From Candidatus Marinacidobacterales bacterium (GTDB taxonomy: Bacteria; Acidobacteriota; Vicinamibacteria; Marinacidobacterales; SMYC01), in the NCBI GenBank assembly GCA_965224085.1, contig CBDCYI010000004.1:1440001-1504000 (forward strand): a stretch of 64,000 nucleotides of DNA, in the 5' to 3' direction. The notes beneath the pieces were generated by a model. It was not told the origin of the DNA and ran no database searches. It saw nothing but the letters and a program-made list of their open reading frames with translations. Shown in pieces: positions 43,444 to 53,584 of the stretch; positions within the stretch are counted from its first letter, which is position 1; every line of letters starts with the position of its first letter. A program made the translations under genes and the position numbers.

Positions 43444-43637
43444 GTGATGTTTCATCGGCCCCTGTACCGGCGCTCGAAGCGCAACTCCCCATTGGATGTC
43501 CATCACAAGAAAATTGCCGGCACGCGTGTCCATACCGGGCGCTCGGAGCGCAGGGCGAAGTATGGCGTTGCCGGCAAGCTGCTGACGAAATCGAAAATAG
43601 TTCAAGCTCATCGTGAGATTTGCTCTACCACTGAGCT
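43444..43637 (-). ncRNA. IS110 bridge RNA (5' stem-loop, target-binding loop, donor-binding loop)
   Basis: 5' stem 43605-43637; target loop 43514-43577 capped by gcgct-ccg-agcgc; donor loop 43444-43506 capped by gcgct-tcg-agcgc; loop strands match the observed junction. Confidence 0.85.
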
Positions 43638-45492
43638 CTCGCCTTCGACGAGCTCCATACAGATGGATGCCGAGATCGTGGATGGTGATGATATTCGGGT
43701 GGTTGAGCGCGGCAGCCGCGCGGGCTTCCTGAAGAAGCTGATCGCGTGCGGTGGGATCGCGCGCGAGCTTGGACGAAAGCACTTTGTAAGCGAGCGGTCG
43801 GCTCAAGAGCCTATCGAACGCGCGATAAACTTCGCCCATCCCGCCTTTGCCGATTAGCCCGTCGAGATTGTAACGGTTGCCGTTGAGTGCACCCTCGTCG
43901 CTGCTGCTCTTACCCTCGACGAGCATCCCGTTAAAGGAGCTTTCTCGCTGCTTTTCTTCTTCGATTTTCTCGAGTAGTCGGGCGTGCCGTTGGTCGACAT
44001 CCGCATAATTGTAGGAGACGGCCATGATGTTTCGCAGAAGCTCCTCGGCACGCTTCAGCTCTCCGATATCTTCGAGAGCTTCCGCGAGCGGATCCCAGAG
44101 CGCGAGATTCTCCGCATCGACGTTTCGTCCCGCGAGCACGGCTTCGAGGCGCTCGACGGCCATCGAGCCCCAGCCGCGACGGATGAATGCGCGGGCGAGG
44201 ATGACGACGGCTTCGTTGTAGCGCGCGTCTTCCTTTGGCACCTGTTGGAGATATTGAAGCATCTCGCGTTCAGCATTTGCTTCGGAAGCTGCCTGCGCGG
44301 CTTCGTAGAAACGTTCGACCAGCGCGAAAAGAACGGCGGCTTTGTCGAAGACGCCGAGCTTGAGATAGAGCTCGGCCGCCCGCTCGCGTTCGCCCGCGCG
44401 CTCGAAATAGAGAGCGGCCTTGTTGTCGAGACCCGCGCGTGCCGCCGCCTCCGCGGCCAGCGGCCACGCTTCCACCGCCTCCCAACATTCAGTGGCACGT
44501 TCGAACCGTCCGCTCCGATCGAAGAGCTCCGCCGCCGCCATGGTATCGCCGGAGCGCATGAGGGCGTCCCCCGCAGCCTCCTCGTTGCCGTCGTCGAGGT
44601 GATACTCGGCTTCGAGCTTCGCCGCACGCAGGTCGTCGCCCGCACGGGCGTACATTTTCGCGGCCTTTTTATTGTTCTTTACTTCTTGATAGAGCTCGGC
44701 CGCCCGGGCGAACCGCTCTAGTTGCTCGCACAGCTTAGCTGCTTGTTCGTAGCGTTCGGCCCGCACGAGCACCTCGACCGCTTCGTCTTTCTGCTCGGCC
44801 TTTTCGAAGAAGTGGGCCGCCCCACGGGCCGCCGTGTCGAGCTCGGTGCGTTGTTGTGGCGGGAGGTAGCCATCACGTGTGAGCTCCGCGACCCGAGCCG
44901 CATAGAGTGCTGCGGCCCGGGTGAAGTCTCCGACCTTCGCGTAGGAGGCGGCGGCCTCGCGGATACGCCCGCTTTTCTCGTAAATCTCGCCGGCCGTCAG
45001 GAAATCGCCATGTCTCTGATAGCACTCGGCGGCTTTGAGGAAGAGCCCTACTTTCGCAAAGAGCTCGCCCGCGAGCGCGAGCTCGCCGATCTCTTCGAGG
45101 AGCCCGGCGGCTTGCTGCGATTTACCTTCGTTTTCATAGAGGTCGGCGCCCCGACGCACTTCACCGGCGTCGACGAAAGCAGCGGCCGCATCGACGTTAT
45201 GTCCGGCTTCGAGGAAAGCAAGGGCAGCCTTCTGGTCCTCTCCCAGCTTCCGATAGAGGCTCGCTGCTTGATCCGGCTAGCGCGCCCGCATGTAGTGGGA
45301 CGCCGCAAGGTCTTCGCGGTTCAACTCGAGGGCCAGCTCGGCGCACTTCGCGTACTCGTCGGCTTTCTCGTAGTAGTCGATGGCGAAATAGAGCTCGCCG
45401 AGCTCTTCGTAGAGCTCACCCGCCCGCACGAAATCGCCGGATTTGACGGCTTTTTCAGCGAGTGTTCTCGGGTTCTTGCGAAGCAGCGGCAT
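43635..45492 (-). pseudogene. TPR/SNAP-like helical repeats + Ser/Thr kinase, frameshifted and truncated at IS110
   Basis: AAxLYExxG repeats; IGKGGMGEVY, AYKVL, EARAAAALNHPNI, CMELVEGES then IS. Confidence 0.8.
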
Positions 45493-45497
45493 TTTTC

Positions 45498-45525
45498 CAG
45501 CATTCGGCATTCAGCATTCAGCATT
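45498..45525. repeat. heptamer tandem repeat (cagcatt) x4
   Basis: cagcatt cggcatt cagcatt cagcatt. Confidence 0.75.
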
Positions 45526-45622
45526 TAGCTGGATGCAGAAAACCGCCTCAAATTGTTGGTGGAATCCCTACTAATATGGTAGCAAACTCGGGTGCACGGA
45601 TTGACGGGACAAAACTCTACTG

Positions 45623-48600
45623 CTAAAACAAAGGCAGCTGCGAGCCGGGCTTACGTCCGTCGAGCCGAACCGTCTCGGGCTCGTGGCCCTCGCGAATCAC
45701 CCACCCCTCGACGTCTCGCCCCGGGAACGCGGCGGCCGCCGCACGAAGCTTTGGCTCGACGTCGCGTGCGGAGAGAGCGAGCACCGTCACACGATGGCGT
45801 CCCGCAATCAAGCATCCGATGCTGCCTCGGCTTACATGACGCCCGTGAACGATCGAGAACGGGACGCCGTAGTACATGCGCCCCGTCGCCGAGAGCGCCG
45901 CGACATCCTCTCGCTCGAGTAGCTCACGATACGACGCGACATCTTCGTCGGCTATTTCCACAACCGCCGCAGCTTCGGCAGTTTCCAAGGACCCCAGGCG
46001 GAGCTCACGGGCGCGTTCGGGACGTTCTTCGTGATAGGTCCGCTCGCTCGGCCGCAGCACCCGGAGGCGGTGCGCCCCCCAGGGTATTTCGCGCTCATCT
46101 GTGTCGAGGGCCTGGTGCAGCGCATCGCGAAAGCTCTCCGGGAGGAGACGCACGAAACTCTGATCGGTTTGCGCTTCGTCGCCGAGAACCGTCGATAGCA
46201 CCAAGTTGCGGCGCGCGCGCGTCAGGGCTACATATAAGAGTCGCTTCTCTTCTTCCTCGACTCGGTTCGGGAGATCTTCCGCGGGCTCCGTCGCGGCGAG
46301 CGCGCTCACTTCGACCCGTCCATCGGGAAGCTCGCGGATGCGCGGCAGCGACGTGTCTTGGCGTGTGCGCTGATGCATGTTGACGAGAAAGACGGAATCG
46401 AACTCGAGCCCTTTCGCCGCATGCACCGTCATGAGGTTCACCGCGTCGACGGCTTCGAGCACGGCGGGCGATTCCTCCTCCGTCGAGGCGCTCGCGAGGT
46501 AGTCTGCGAGGCGCGATAGCGTGAGATAGCCGCGGTTCTCCGCGCGCCGGACCATTCCCAACACTTTCTTGAGATTCTCCCAGCTCTGCTCGTCGTCGCG
46601 GAACCACGCGGCGTAGTCAGCGTCGTCGAGAATGTACGTGAGTAGATCCGCGGGCGGCATGCGGTCGACGAGCGCGACCCACCGCGGGACGCACGCGCTC
46701 GCGCGAAGGACGGCGTTGCGGTCGTCCTCGGTTAGCGGAAGCGATGTGTCGAGCGCCGCCCCTGAAAGCCACCGAGCGATCGAAGCCTTCCGGCCTGCGG
46801 CAACGCGCACCAACCCGTCGTCGGAGATCCCGATGAAGCGTGAGCGCGCGAGCTCGGCCGCGCGGAGCTCCGAAGCGGGCTCCGCCAGGTAGCGGACGAG
46901 GGCGGCGATATCGCGCACTTCGGCAGAATCGAAGAAGCCGAGCCCGCGATAGATGTAGGCTGGGACGCCTCTCGCGACGAGCGCCTCCTGGTAGATGCGG
47001 TACGAGGAGCGGCTTCGAAACAAAATGGCGATGTCCTTCGGCCGCCGGCCTTCCTCGGTGAGTACGCGCACGATTTCGCCGGCGACGGCGCTCGCCACAC
47101 CCGGAAGATCCGCCGCGACAGCAAGCGCTATGGGGCGCTTCGCGCTATCGAGCTTCGCGACAGGGAAGTGGTCGCCCTCGTGATATTGGAACGACCAATC
47201 GAGATCGCCGCGGACTTTGGGGACCTCGTCGAACAAATCGTTTAGAAAAGACAAGAGCTCTCCGTCGGCGCGGAAGCTCGTTCGAAGCGTCAGTCGTTGT
47301 CCGCCCCGGTGGCGGATCTTGAGCAGATGGCGCGAAGCTTTCTCCAGGACTTCCACGCGCGCGTCGCGCCATCCATAGATGGACTGTTTTCGGTCTCCCA
47401 CGATGAAGAGACTCGGCTCGCTTATCCGGCCGGTGCCCTCTCCTTCGGCTTGCTCCGACAAAATGGCTTCTTGCACGAGACCCTGACCTTCGCCCCAGCT
47501 CTCGATGAGCGCTTTCACGAGCCGCCACTGCACTTCGTTCGTATCTTGGAACTCGTCGATGAGAAGGTGGTGGTAGCGCGATTCGAGACGGAAGCGGCTC
47601 TGCGCGAACTCGCCGCGGTTCTCGAGAAGAGCGACCGCGTGGGTGAGCACGTCGCTGAAATCGATGCCGGCGCGCGCGCCTTTGAGCTCGGCGAAGCGCT
47701 TCGACGCAGCGTCATAGAGCTCGAAGAGCTCACGGATCGCGTAGAAGTCTTTCTCGCGCAACCAAGCTTTGTAAGTGCGCGCGACCAAAGGCGCGAGCCC
47801 TAGTACGCGGTCGCGGTGTGTTTCATAGTCTTCTACCCGCGCGAAACTGTTTTTAGCAACGAGCTTCGAGAGGCGGCGCCGCGGCTCTTTGTTCTGTGTC
47901 AAGAAATAGGCAGCGATCTCCTCGACATCTGCGCTTCCAATCGTGTCCGCATCGATGGCGCGGCGAAGGGCGAAGCCGAGCGCTTTCAACGCGAGTGCGT
48001 CCGGAGGCCCCGTGCCCAAGAACTGCTCCACACCCTCGGCGCCACGAAAAGCACTCCCGAGGCTCTTCGAAACGCGCTTCAAACTCGCGGTGAGGCTCAC
48101 CGATTTTGGGACGACGCGGCGCACGTAACGCGCGAGTATCTCCTCTTTCACAAGGCGGCTCGTCAGAAAATCGCGCATGCCTCGCCGGAGAGTGCCTTCG
48201 TCGAAGCGCGCGATGAGAAAGCGCAGGTCGACATTCGAGCCCCAGAGCACCTCCGCCATGACCTGGTCGATCGACTCTTCGAGCAAGCGTTGATTGTCCA
48301 CTTCGTCGATGAGCGCGATGTCAGGGTCGAGCCCTGCTTCGAGAGGAAACTCCCGCAAGAGCCCGAGACAAAACGCGTCGATGGTCGTGATGTGGATCTC
48401 GAAAAGACGGGTTCGAATGTCTTTCCAGAGATTGGGTCGTTTGCGGAGCTCTTCGATGATCCGGCCGCGCATCTCGCCCGCGGCCTTACGCGTGAAGGTG
48501 ATCGCGAGGACGTGTCTCGGGCTCGCGCCCCCTTCGATGAGATGGATGTAGCGCTCCACGAGCACGCGGGTCTTGCCCGTGCCGGCGGAAGCTTCGAGCG

Positions 48601-48670
48601 CGACGTTCAGGGTCGGATCCGAGGCGAGTTCGCGCGCGCGCCGATCGACAAAGCTGACGTCGCCCCTCAC
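45623..48670 (-). CDS. AddA/UvrD-like SF1 helicase with degenerate C-terminal nuclease domain
   Basis: ASAGTGKT, AITFTRKAA, IDEFQDT, VGDRKQSIY, TVHAAKGLEF, LYVALTRAR; GTG overlaps upstream TGA. Confidence 0.88.
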   Translation of the reverse strand: MRGDVSFVDRRARELASDPTLNVALEASAGTGKTRVLVERYIHLIEGGASPRHVLAITFTRKAAGEMRGRIIEELRKRPNLWKDIRTRLFEIHITTIDAFCLGLLREFPLEAGLDPDIALIDEVDNQRLLEESIDQVMAEVLWGSNVDLRFLIARFDEGTLRRGMRDFLTSRLVKEEILARYVRRVVPKSVSLTASLKRVSKSLGSAFRGAEGVEQFLGTGPPDALALKALGFALRRAIDADTIGSADVEEIAAYFLTQNKEPRRRLSKLVAKNSFARVEDYETHRDRVLGLAPLVARTYKAWLREKDFYAIRELFELYDAASKRFAELKGARAGIDFSDVLTHAVALLENRGEFAQSRFRLESRYHHLLIDEFQDTNEVQWRLVKALIESWGEGQGLVQEAILSEQAEGEGTGRISEPSLFIVGDRKQSIYGWRDARVEVLEKASRHLLKIRHRGGQRLTLRTSFRADGELLSFLNDLFDEVPKVRGDLDWSFQYHEGDHFPVAKLDSAKRPIALAVAADLPGVASAVAGEIVRVLTEEGRRPKDIAILFRSRSSYRIYQEALVARGVPAYIYRGLGFFDSAEVRDIAALVRYLAEPASELRAAELARSRFIGISDDGLVRVAAGRKASIARWLSGAALDTSLPLTEDDRNAVLRASACVPRWVALVDRMPPADLLTYILDDADYAAWFRDDEQSWENLKKVLGMVRRAENRGYLTLSRLADYLASASTEEESPAVLEAVDAVNLMTVHAAKGLEFDSVFLVNMHQRTRQDTSLPRIRELPDGRVEVSALAATEPAEDLPNRVEEEEKRLLYVALTRARRNLVLSTVLGDEAQTDQSFVRLLPESFRDALHQALDTDEREIPWGAHRLRVLRPSERTYHEERPERARELRLGSLETAEAAAVVEIADEDVASYRELLEREDVAALSATGRMYYGVPFSIVHGRHVSRGSIGCLIAGRHRVTVLALSARDVEPKLRAAAAAFPGRDVEGWVIREGHEPETVRLDGRKPGSQLPLF

Positions 48671-51483
48671 GCGTCCTCCTGGATTTCTTTGCGACACACG
48701 CCGACGAAGCCACAGCTCGAGCAGAACGTGTCCCGGTGCGGCTTGGGCGCGAAACGGCCGTTCTGGATTGCGTCGAAGGTCTCGACGAGAAGCGCGCTCA
48801 CTTTCTGGTAATCCGCGCGCGCCGTTGATCGGCGGTCGCGGAAGCTGAGATAGGCGGATTCTTCGATGGGCGTGCCTAGATCTTGCGAAAGGCACATGGC
48901 GTAGAGCGGCACTTGGAGCGTCACCGATTTTTTCGGCGCACGGCCGCTCTTGTAGTCGTAAACATGCAGGCGCCCGGAAGTGTCCACGTCGGCGCGATCG
49001 ACCCGGCCTTTGATCCGTACGAACCACGGTTTTTCACCGCCGGGTCCTTCGGTCAAGCGGAGCGGGGTTTGAAACGGATGCTCGAGCAGCCGCTGCCGGA
49101 GCGGGCCGCGCGCCATCTCTCGGCGCAACAACCATTCGAGAGCCCCGGGTTCGCCGGGACCTCCGAACAAACGGCGGAGCTCCACGCGTCGATGTTCGGG
49201 CGGGATCTTCTTTGCCGCTATGTTTCGAAAAAGAGTGAGCGCGTCGTCATAGGTCTCGGGCTCGACGGGGCGGGGCTCGGCACGGCCTGCGTCCCATTCC
49301 TTGAAGCCTTCGTGCAAGAGATCGTGCAAGATGCGCCCACGCTCGAGCGGCGTCAGCATGGCTTCGACGTCTTCTTCTTCCGTGAGGCCGAGAAGATAGC
49401 GAGAGAAATACTTGAAGGGGCAACGGAGATAGAGCTCGAGCGCCGTCGGCGACACGGGGTCCGGGACCGCTCGCTCTGAGCCGACGATTCCGGACCGGTG
49501 CTTGGCCGGAAGCGGTGAGGACGGCTCGACGAGACCTCGGCGGAGTGCTTCGCTCTTCGTGACGACGAGCTCGCAAACGGCCTCGGCGTCATCCATAGGA
49601 GCTGGCTCGTGATCTTCGAGCCAGCTTTCGACTTCTTCGAGAAACGGCGACGCGACGGTGGGGATCTCGTCTTCGAGCTGGTGGCGAATGAGCACGAGAT
49701 GCTCTCGGCCCAAATCGAGAAGCTCTTGGAACCGACTTCGCTCCTGCGTCAAAAGCTTGCGATCCGACGGCCAGCCGAAATCGCGCAGGAGCCATTGTGG
49801 GAAGAAAATGTTGCGCTCGGCGCGCGCGGGCCACTCGCCTTCGTTGATACCGAGCAGAATTACGAGATCGAAAGCGCCGAACCCTGCGGAGCGGGCGTCG
49901 ACCACCGTTACGCCACCCGAGCCCGTCCGGAGAGCGAAGGTGTGTGCCTCCACCGCGCGGCGAAATTTTTCGCGGAAGGTGCGGAAGTCGATGGAAGGGT
50001 CGCCGACATGCAAAGCCGCCCCTTCCAAGCGTTCGAGGATCGCATCGACGGCGGCGCGGGCTCTTTGGTGACGCTCGTCCAGAATTGTGCGGGTGAAGGT
50101 TTTGAGAAAATCGCGTAGGCACCGGATTTTGTCGCCGAGCGAGCTCTCGGTCTCGAGCTCGGCGAGCGCTCTTCCCGTTTCCAGGATGGCGGCGAGTGGT
50201 GCCAGCACGCGCCGCGGCGCATCGCCCGTCTCCATTCCGGGGAGGCTCGGTTGCGCCGGTGGCCGGCTCTTCCGTCTCCAAAGCCTCTGCCAACGCTCGA
50301 GCCCGCCAGGCTCTTGATAGCGTAGCGTGAGCTCGTCAAGAGCCGCGACCTCGGATGGGCCGACGCCTTTGAAGACGAAAAACGGACTGCGTAAGAGCGC
50401 GAGGGCTTCGTTGCGATGCGCGTCGGTCGCGACCAGCTCGATAGCAAGATCGACCGCGGCCATGTATGGCTCGGTGGCGAGCGGAAAGCTGTCCTGGAGC
50501 TCGAACGGAATGCCGCCTTCGCCGAGAACTTTCTTCGCGAGGTAGAGATAGGGGAGCGGTCGCGGCACCACGATGGCGATGCGATCGAGAGGCGGCAGGT
50601 CGTCGTTGTCTTCAAGGTGTTTCATGAACCGCACAGCGTCGACGAGCGACTCCTCCCGGTCGCGCGCAACGTGCACCGCTGGATTCAAAAGCTTCGGAGG
50701 CGTCGCGCGCGCCTCTTCGTCCACGTGGAGGTCGGGTGCGGCCTCCGCGAGTGAGGCGGGAAGCGCAGAAACTTTGTCCACGGCCACTACGCTCAGTGTT
50801 TCGAGGCCCCGGGCTTTCGTCAGAAAATCGAGGTCGGCGGGAGCGAGTGTCTCCGAGCCGAGGACGAGGGCGCGCTCGTAGGGAAACGGCTCTCTCGAAA
50901 GAGCGCGGCGGACCGAAGGTGGATCGTGGAGATCGAGGCGTTCGAGCGCCGCGCGATAGGCTTGGAGCGACGTTTCGAGAAAGCGCGTCTGTGCGGCCAT
51001 CCTGGCGGCGCCCAGATCGTCAGGTGCCTCGAGCTCTTCGATCGCGCGCTTGGTGAAGTCTTCGAGCTCGGCACGATTTTGAAGAAGCTCGTCGTAGAAC
51101 TCCAGCACGCGCGGCGCAAGCCCAGCGCGCACTTTGAACGGCGGCGGGCTCCCGGACTTCGCGGCCTTTTGAAAGCCCTCTTCGAGAAGGGCCTCTCGAA
51201 GAAGTGGGTCCGCGAGGCGAACTCTGCCTTGGCTGCGCTCTGTGAGGTTTTCGAACAAAGAGCCCGGCGTCCTGATGACAGGAAGAAACACGACTTCGCA
51301 TTTCGTCGAGAGGTCGCGCTCGAGCTGGTTTCTATACAGATGCGCGGCGGCGGCCGTCGGGACGAGGACGACGGTACGACTCAGCGCGAGGGGGTCCCGC
51401 TCCGCTTGCTTTTTGAGCGTGCCGCTCGCAAAGGCGCTCACGCCGCGCCAACCGCGGCAGAGCACGAGCGCTGGTTTCGGCAT
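48667..51483 (-). CDS. AddB-like PD-(D/E)xK nuclease with Fe-S Cys motif
   Basis: RCPFKY, GRVDRAD, DYKSG, QVPLY, CSSCGFVGVC. Confidence 0.85.
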   Translation of the reverse strand: MPKPALVLCRGWRGVSAFASGTLKKQAERDPLALSRTVVLVPTAAAAHLYRNQLERDLSTKCEVVFLPVIRTPGSLFENLTERSQGRVRLADPLLREALLEEGFQKAAKSGSPPPFKVRAGLAPRVLEFYDELLQNRAELEDFTKRAIEELEAPDDLGAARMAAQTRFLETSLQAYRAALERLDLHDPPSVRRALSREPFPYERALVLGSETLAPADLDFLTKARGLETLSVVAVDKVSALPASLAEAAPDLHVDEEARATPPKLLNPAVHVARDREESLVDAVRFMKHLEDNDDLPPLDRIAIVVPRPLPYLYLAKKVLGEGGIPFELQDSFPLATEPYMAAVDLAIELVATDAHRNEALALLRSPFFVFKGVGPSEVAALDELTLRYQEPGGLERWQRLWRRKSRPPAQPSLPGMETGDAPRRVLAPLAAILETGRALAELETESSLGDKIRCLRDFLKTFTRTILDERHQRARAAVDAILERLEGAALHVGDPSIDFRTFREKFRRAVEAHTFALRTGSGGVTVVDARSAGFGAFDLVILLGINEGEWPARAERNIFFPQWLLRDFGWPSDRKLLTQERSRFQELLDLGREHLVLIRHQLEDEIPTVASPFLEEVESWLEDHEPAPMDDAEAVCELVVTKSEALRRGLVEPSSPLPAKHRSGIVGSERAVPDPVSPTALELYLRCPFKYFSRYLLGLTEEEDVEAMLTPLERGRILHDLLHEGFKEWDAGRAEPRPVEPETYDDALTLFRNIAAKKIPPEHRRVELRRLFGGPGEPGALEWLLRREMARGPLRQRLLEHPFQTPLRLTEGPGGEKPWFVRIKGRVDRADVDTSGRLHVYDYKSGRAPKKSVTLQVPLYAMCLSQDLGTPIEESAYLSFRDRRSTARADYQKVSALLVETFDAIQNGRFAPKPHRDTFCSSCGFVGVCRKEIQEDA

Positions 51484-51642
51484 CCGACCCATTCTATCCA
51501 CTCGCGTGCCGGTCTATCCAAAGGGATAGGCCGGGGACGGCCAAAAAATCGTCGACACCTTTTGTTCTCTTTAGTTTAGGTGGGCAGCGGCCGTGGAACG
51601 TCCCTTGCACAGGTGAAGGAAGAGCACACAAGGAGGCATGCC

Positions 51643-52341
51643 ATGGCGACGACGACGACCACCATAACGGCAACCCCGGATGACATGACACGAGACCTCG
51701 GGAGCCTTCTCTCTAGCCTCGAAAAACGGTGCCTCGTGTGGCTTGCGCGCCGGATGCCCCGGCGAGTCAACTCGGACCACCTGACGGCACTAGGCTTATT
51801 GGGCATGCTCGGCGCCGGGCTTTCGTTCTGGGCCGCCACTGAGCATGACCGGCCTCTTTGGCTCGCCGGGGTGGTCCTTTGTCTCTTTCTGAACTGGTTT
51901 GGCGATAGCCTCGACGGTACGCTCGCGCGAGTTCGTCACGCACAGCGTCCCAAATTTAGCTATTATGTAGACCATGTCGTCGACGTGTTCGGCGCGTTCT
52001 TCTTGATTGGCGGCCTCGGCCTATCCGGCTACATGAGCCTCTCCATTGCGGCGGCGCTCATGGTCGTCTACTTGATGGTCGCCTCGGAGATCTACCTCGC
52101 GGCCTACGCTGTGGGAACTTTTCGGATCCACTTCATGCGGCTCGGCCCGACCGAGCTTCGGATCCTTTTCGCGGTTGGAACACTCTATTTGTTGCACAAC
52201 CCGTACGTGGTGGTGATGGGAACGGAGCACTTGCTCTTCGATGTCGGCGGCGTCTGCGCGAGCGTCGGCCTTTTGGTCACCCTGCTCGTGACCGTCGCGC
52301 GCAACACGCGCATCCTCTACCTTCGGGAGCCGCTTCCATAA
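51643..52341 (+). CDS. CDP-alcohol phosphatidyltransferase
   Basis: DSLDGTLAR...YYVDHVVD signature. Confidence 0.9.
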   Translation: MATTTTTITATPDDMTRDLGSLLSSLEKRCLVWLARRMPRRVNSDHLTALGLLGMLGAGLSFWAATEHDRPLWLAGVVLCLFLNWFGDSLDGTLARVRHAQRPKFSYYVDHVVDVFGAFFLIGGLGLSGYMSLSIAAALMVVYLMVASEIYLAAYAVGTFRIHFMRLGPTELRILFAVGTLYLLHNPYVVVMGTEHLLFDVGGVCASVGLLVTLLVTVARNTRILYLREPLP

Positions 52342-52781
52342 TGGCAGAGCGATGGCGGCATGTTTTCTTTAGATGGCTCAAGTTCAGCGCCGTCGGTTGG
52401 GTCGGGGTGAGCGTTCAGCTCACGATGCTTACGCTCTTGGCCGGCCGGCTCGAAATGCACTATCTCGTCGCGACCGCGTTCGCGGTTCAGTGCGCCATTC
52501 TAAATAACTTCTTCTGGCACGAACGCTGGACGTGGGGCGATCGGGGACTCTTAGGGGCAACGGGGAGATGGCAGCGGTTTGTGCGCTTCAACGCGTCCTC
52601 GGGCGCGCTCTCGATTCTTGGAAATGTCGTCTTCATGAGCATCTACGTCGGACAGTTCGGGCTGCATTACCTCGTCGGGAACATTGCCTCGATTGCGTCC
52701 TGCACGATCTTGAACTTCGTGATCAGCGACCGGCTCGTTTTTCTCGCGATGCCCACGGGCATGCCGGCATCGAATAGCTAG
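52341..52781 (+). CDS. GtrA-family membrane protein
   Basis: LKFSAVG...NNFFWHERWTW, 4 TM. Confidence 0.88.
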   Translation: MAERWRHVFFRWLKFSAVGWVGVSVQLTMLTLLAGRLEMHYLVATAFAVQCAILNNFFWHERWTWGDRGLLGATGRWQRFVRFNASSGALSILGNVVFMSIYVGQFGLHYLVGNIASIASCTILNFVISDRLVFLAMPTGMPASNS

Positions 52782-52927
52782 CTGGTAGTGACGTTCATCA
52801 CACGGATATCGCCGCTATTCGAACCGCTGCGGCTAATAAGTGAAATCGCGTCAAGTTCTCCGTATCCGGCGCGCTCGCTAGCTTGACCGCAGCCGAGACA
52901 TGTCTACGGAGGAGCTGCTGGCAAACC

Positions 52928-53584
52928 CTATTCAGCCGGACCTACGTCCAGTACGAAGCGTGCGCCACCGAGCGCTGGGGCGTCGGTCGCATAGGCGGAG
53001 CCTCTGTGCCTCCCAGCGATCATTCTCACGAGGGAAAGGCCGATACCCGATCCTCCAGTATGGCGGCCGCGCGATTGGTCGAGACGAACGAAGCGCTCGA
53101 AGATCCGGTCGCGGTCTGCTCTAGCGATACCGGCGCCATCATCGTCGACGACGACTTGAGTTCGTCCGCCGTGGCTTCGGATCTCCAATTCAACGACGTG
53201 GCTCGCGTGTCGAACGGCGTTGTGCAACACGTTGAAAATCGCTCGCTCTAGTTGTGACGCCACGCCATGCACAGAGACCGGATCGGCCCCGCGCCACCTC
53301 AGCACAGATTCGGTCGGCGGAAGCCGATTCGCCGCACGGCGGCACACGGCGCTGAGATCGATACGTTCCTCCAAGTCCGTCGGACGATGCTCATCCGAGC
53401 GCGCAAGATCGAGCAGGTCTGAGATGAGTACCTCCATACGCTCCGCCTCCGCGCCCACCTCCCGGGCCAGTCGCCCGAGCTTGCGCGGATCCGGACTGAG
53501 TTCAGCAACCTCAGCTGCGGTCAGTGCGGTGGCGGCGAGTGTCGTTCGAACGCGGACGGAACCCAAAAACGTGCGCATCTTCAT
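52928..53584 (-). pseudogene. sensor histidine kinase with internal deletion (sensor, HAMP and H-box lost)
   Basis: SVRVRTTLAAT start joined to AEVA...DLLDLAR, NAVRH, DDDGAG, GSGIGL. Confidence 0.78.

Larger units (their letters stand above)
42117..43637 (-). mobile_element. IS110-family element; right junction intact, extreme left end deleted
   Basis: Recombinase plus structured upstream non-coding end; right junction (minus) tggggagt-cc-atacc; no TIRs or TSD as expected. Confidence 0.9.

Noticed and set aside
43621-43637. tRNA D-arm-like agctcagtggtagagca on the minus strand
   Set aside because: No acceptor stem, anticodon arm or T-arm; better explained as the 5' arm of the bridge-RNA stem-loop pairing with 43605-43610
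45623-51483. Helicase-nuclease pair as a novel defence system or Cas4 module
   Set aside because: Order, sizes and motifs fit housekeeping AddAB; no cas or defence context
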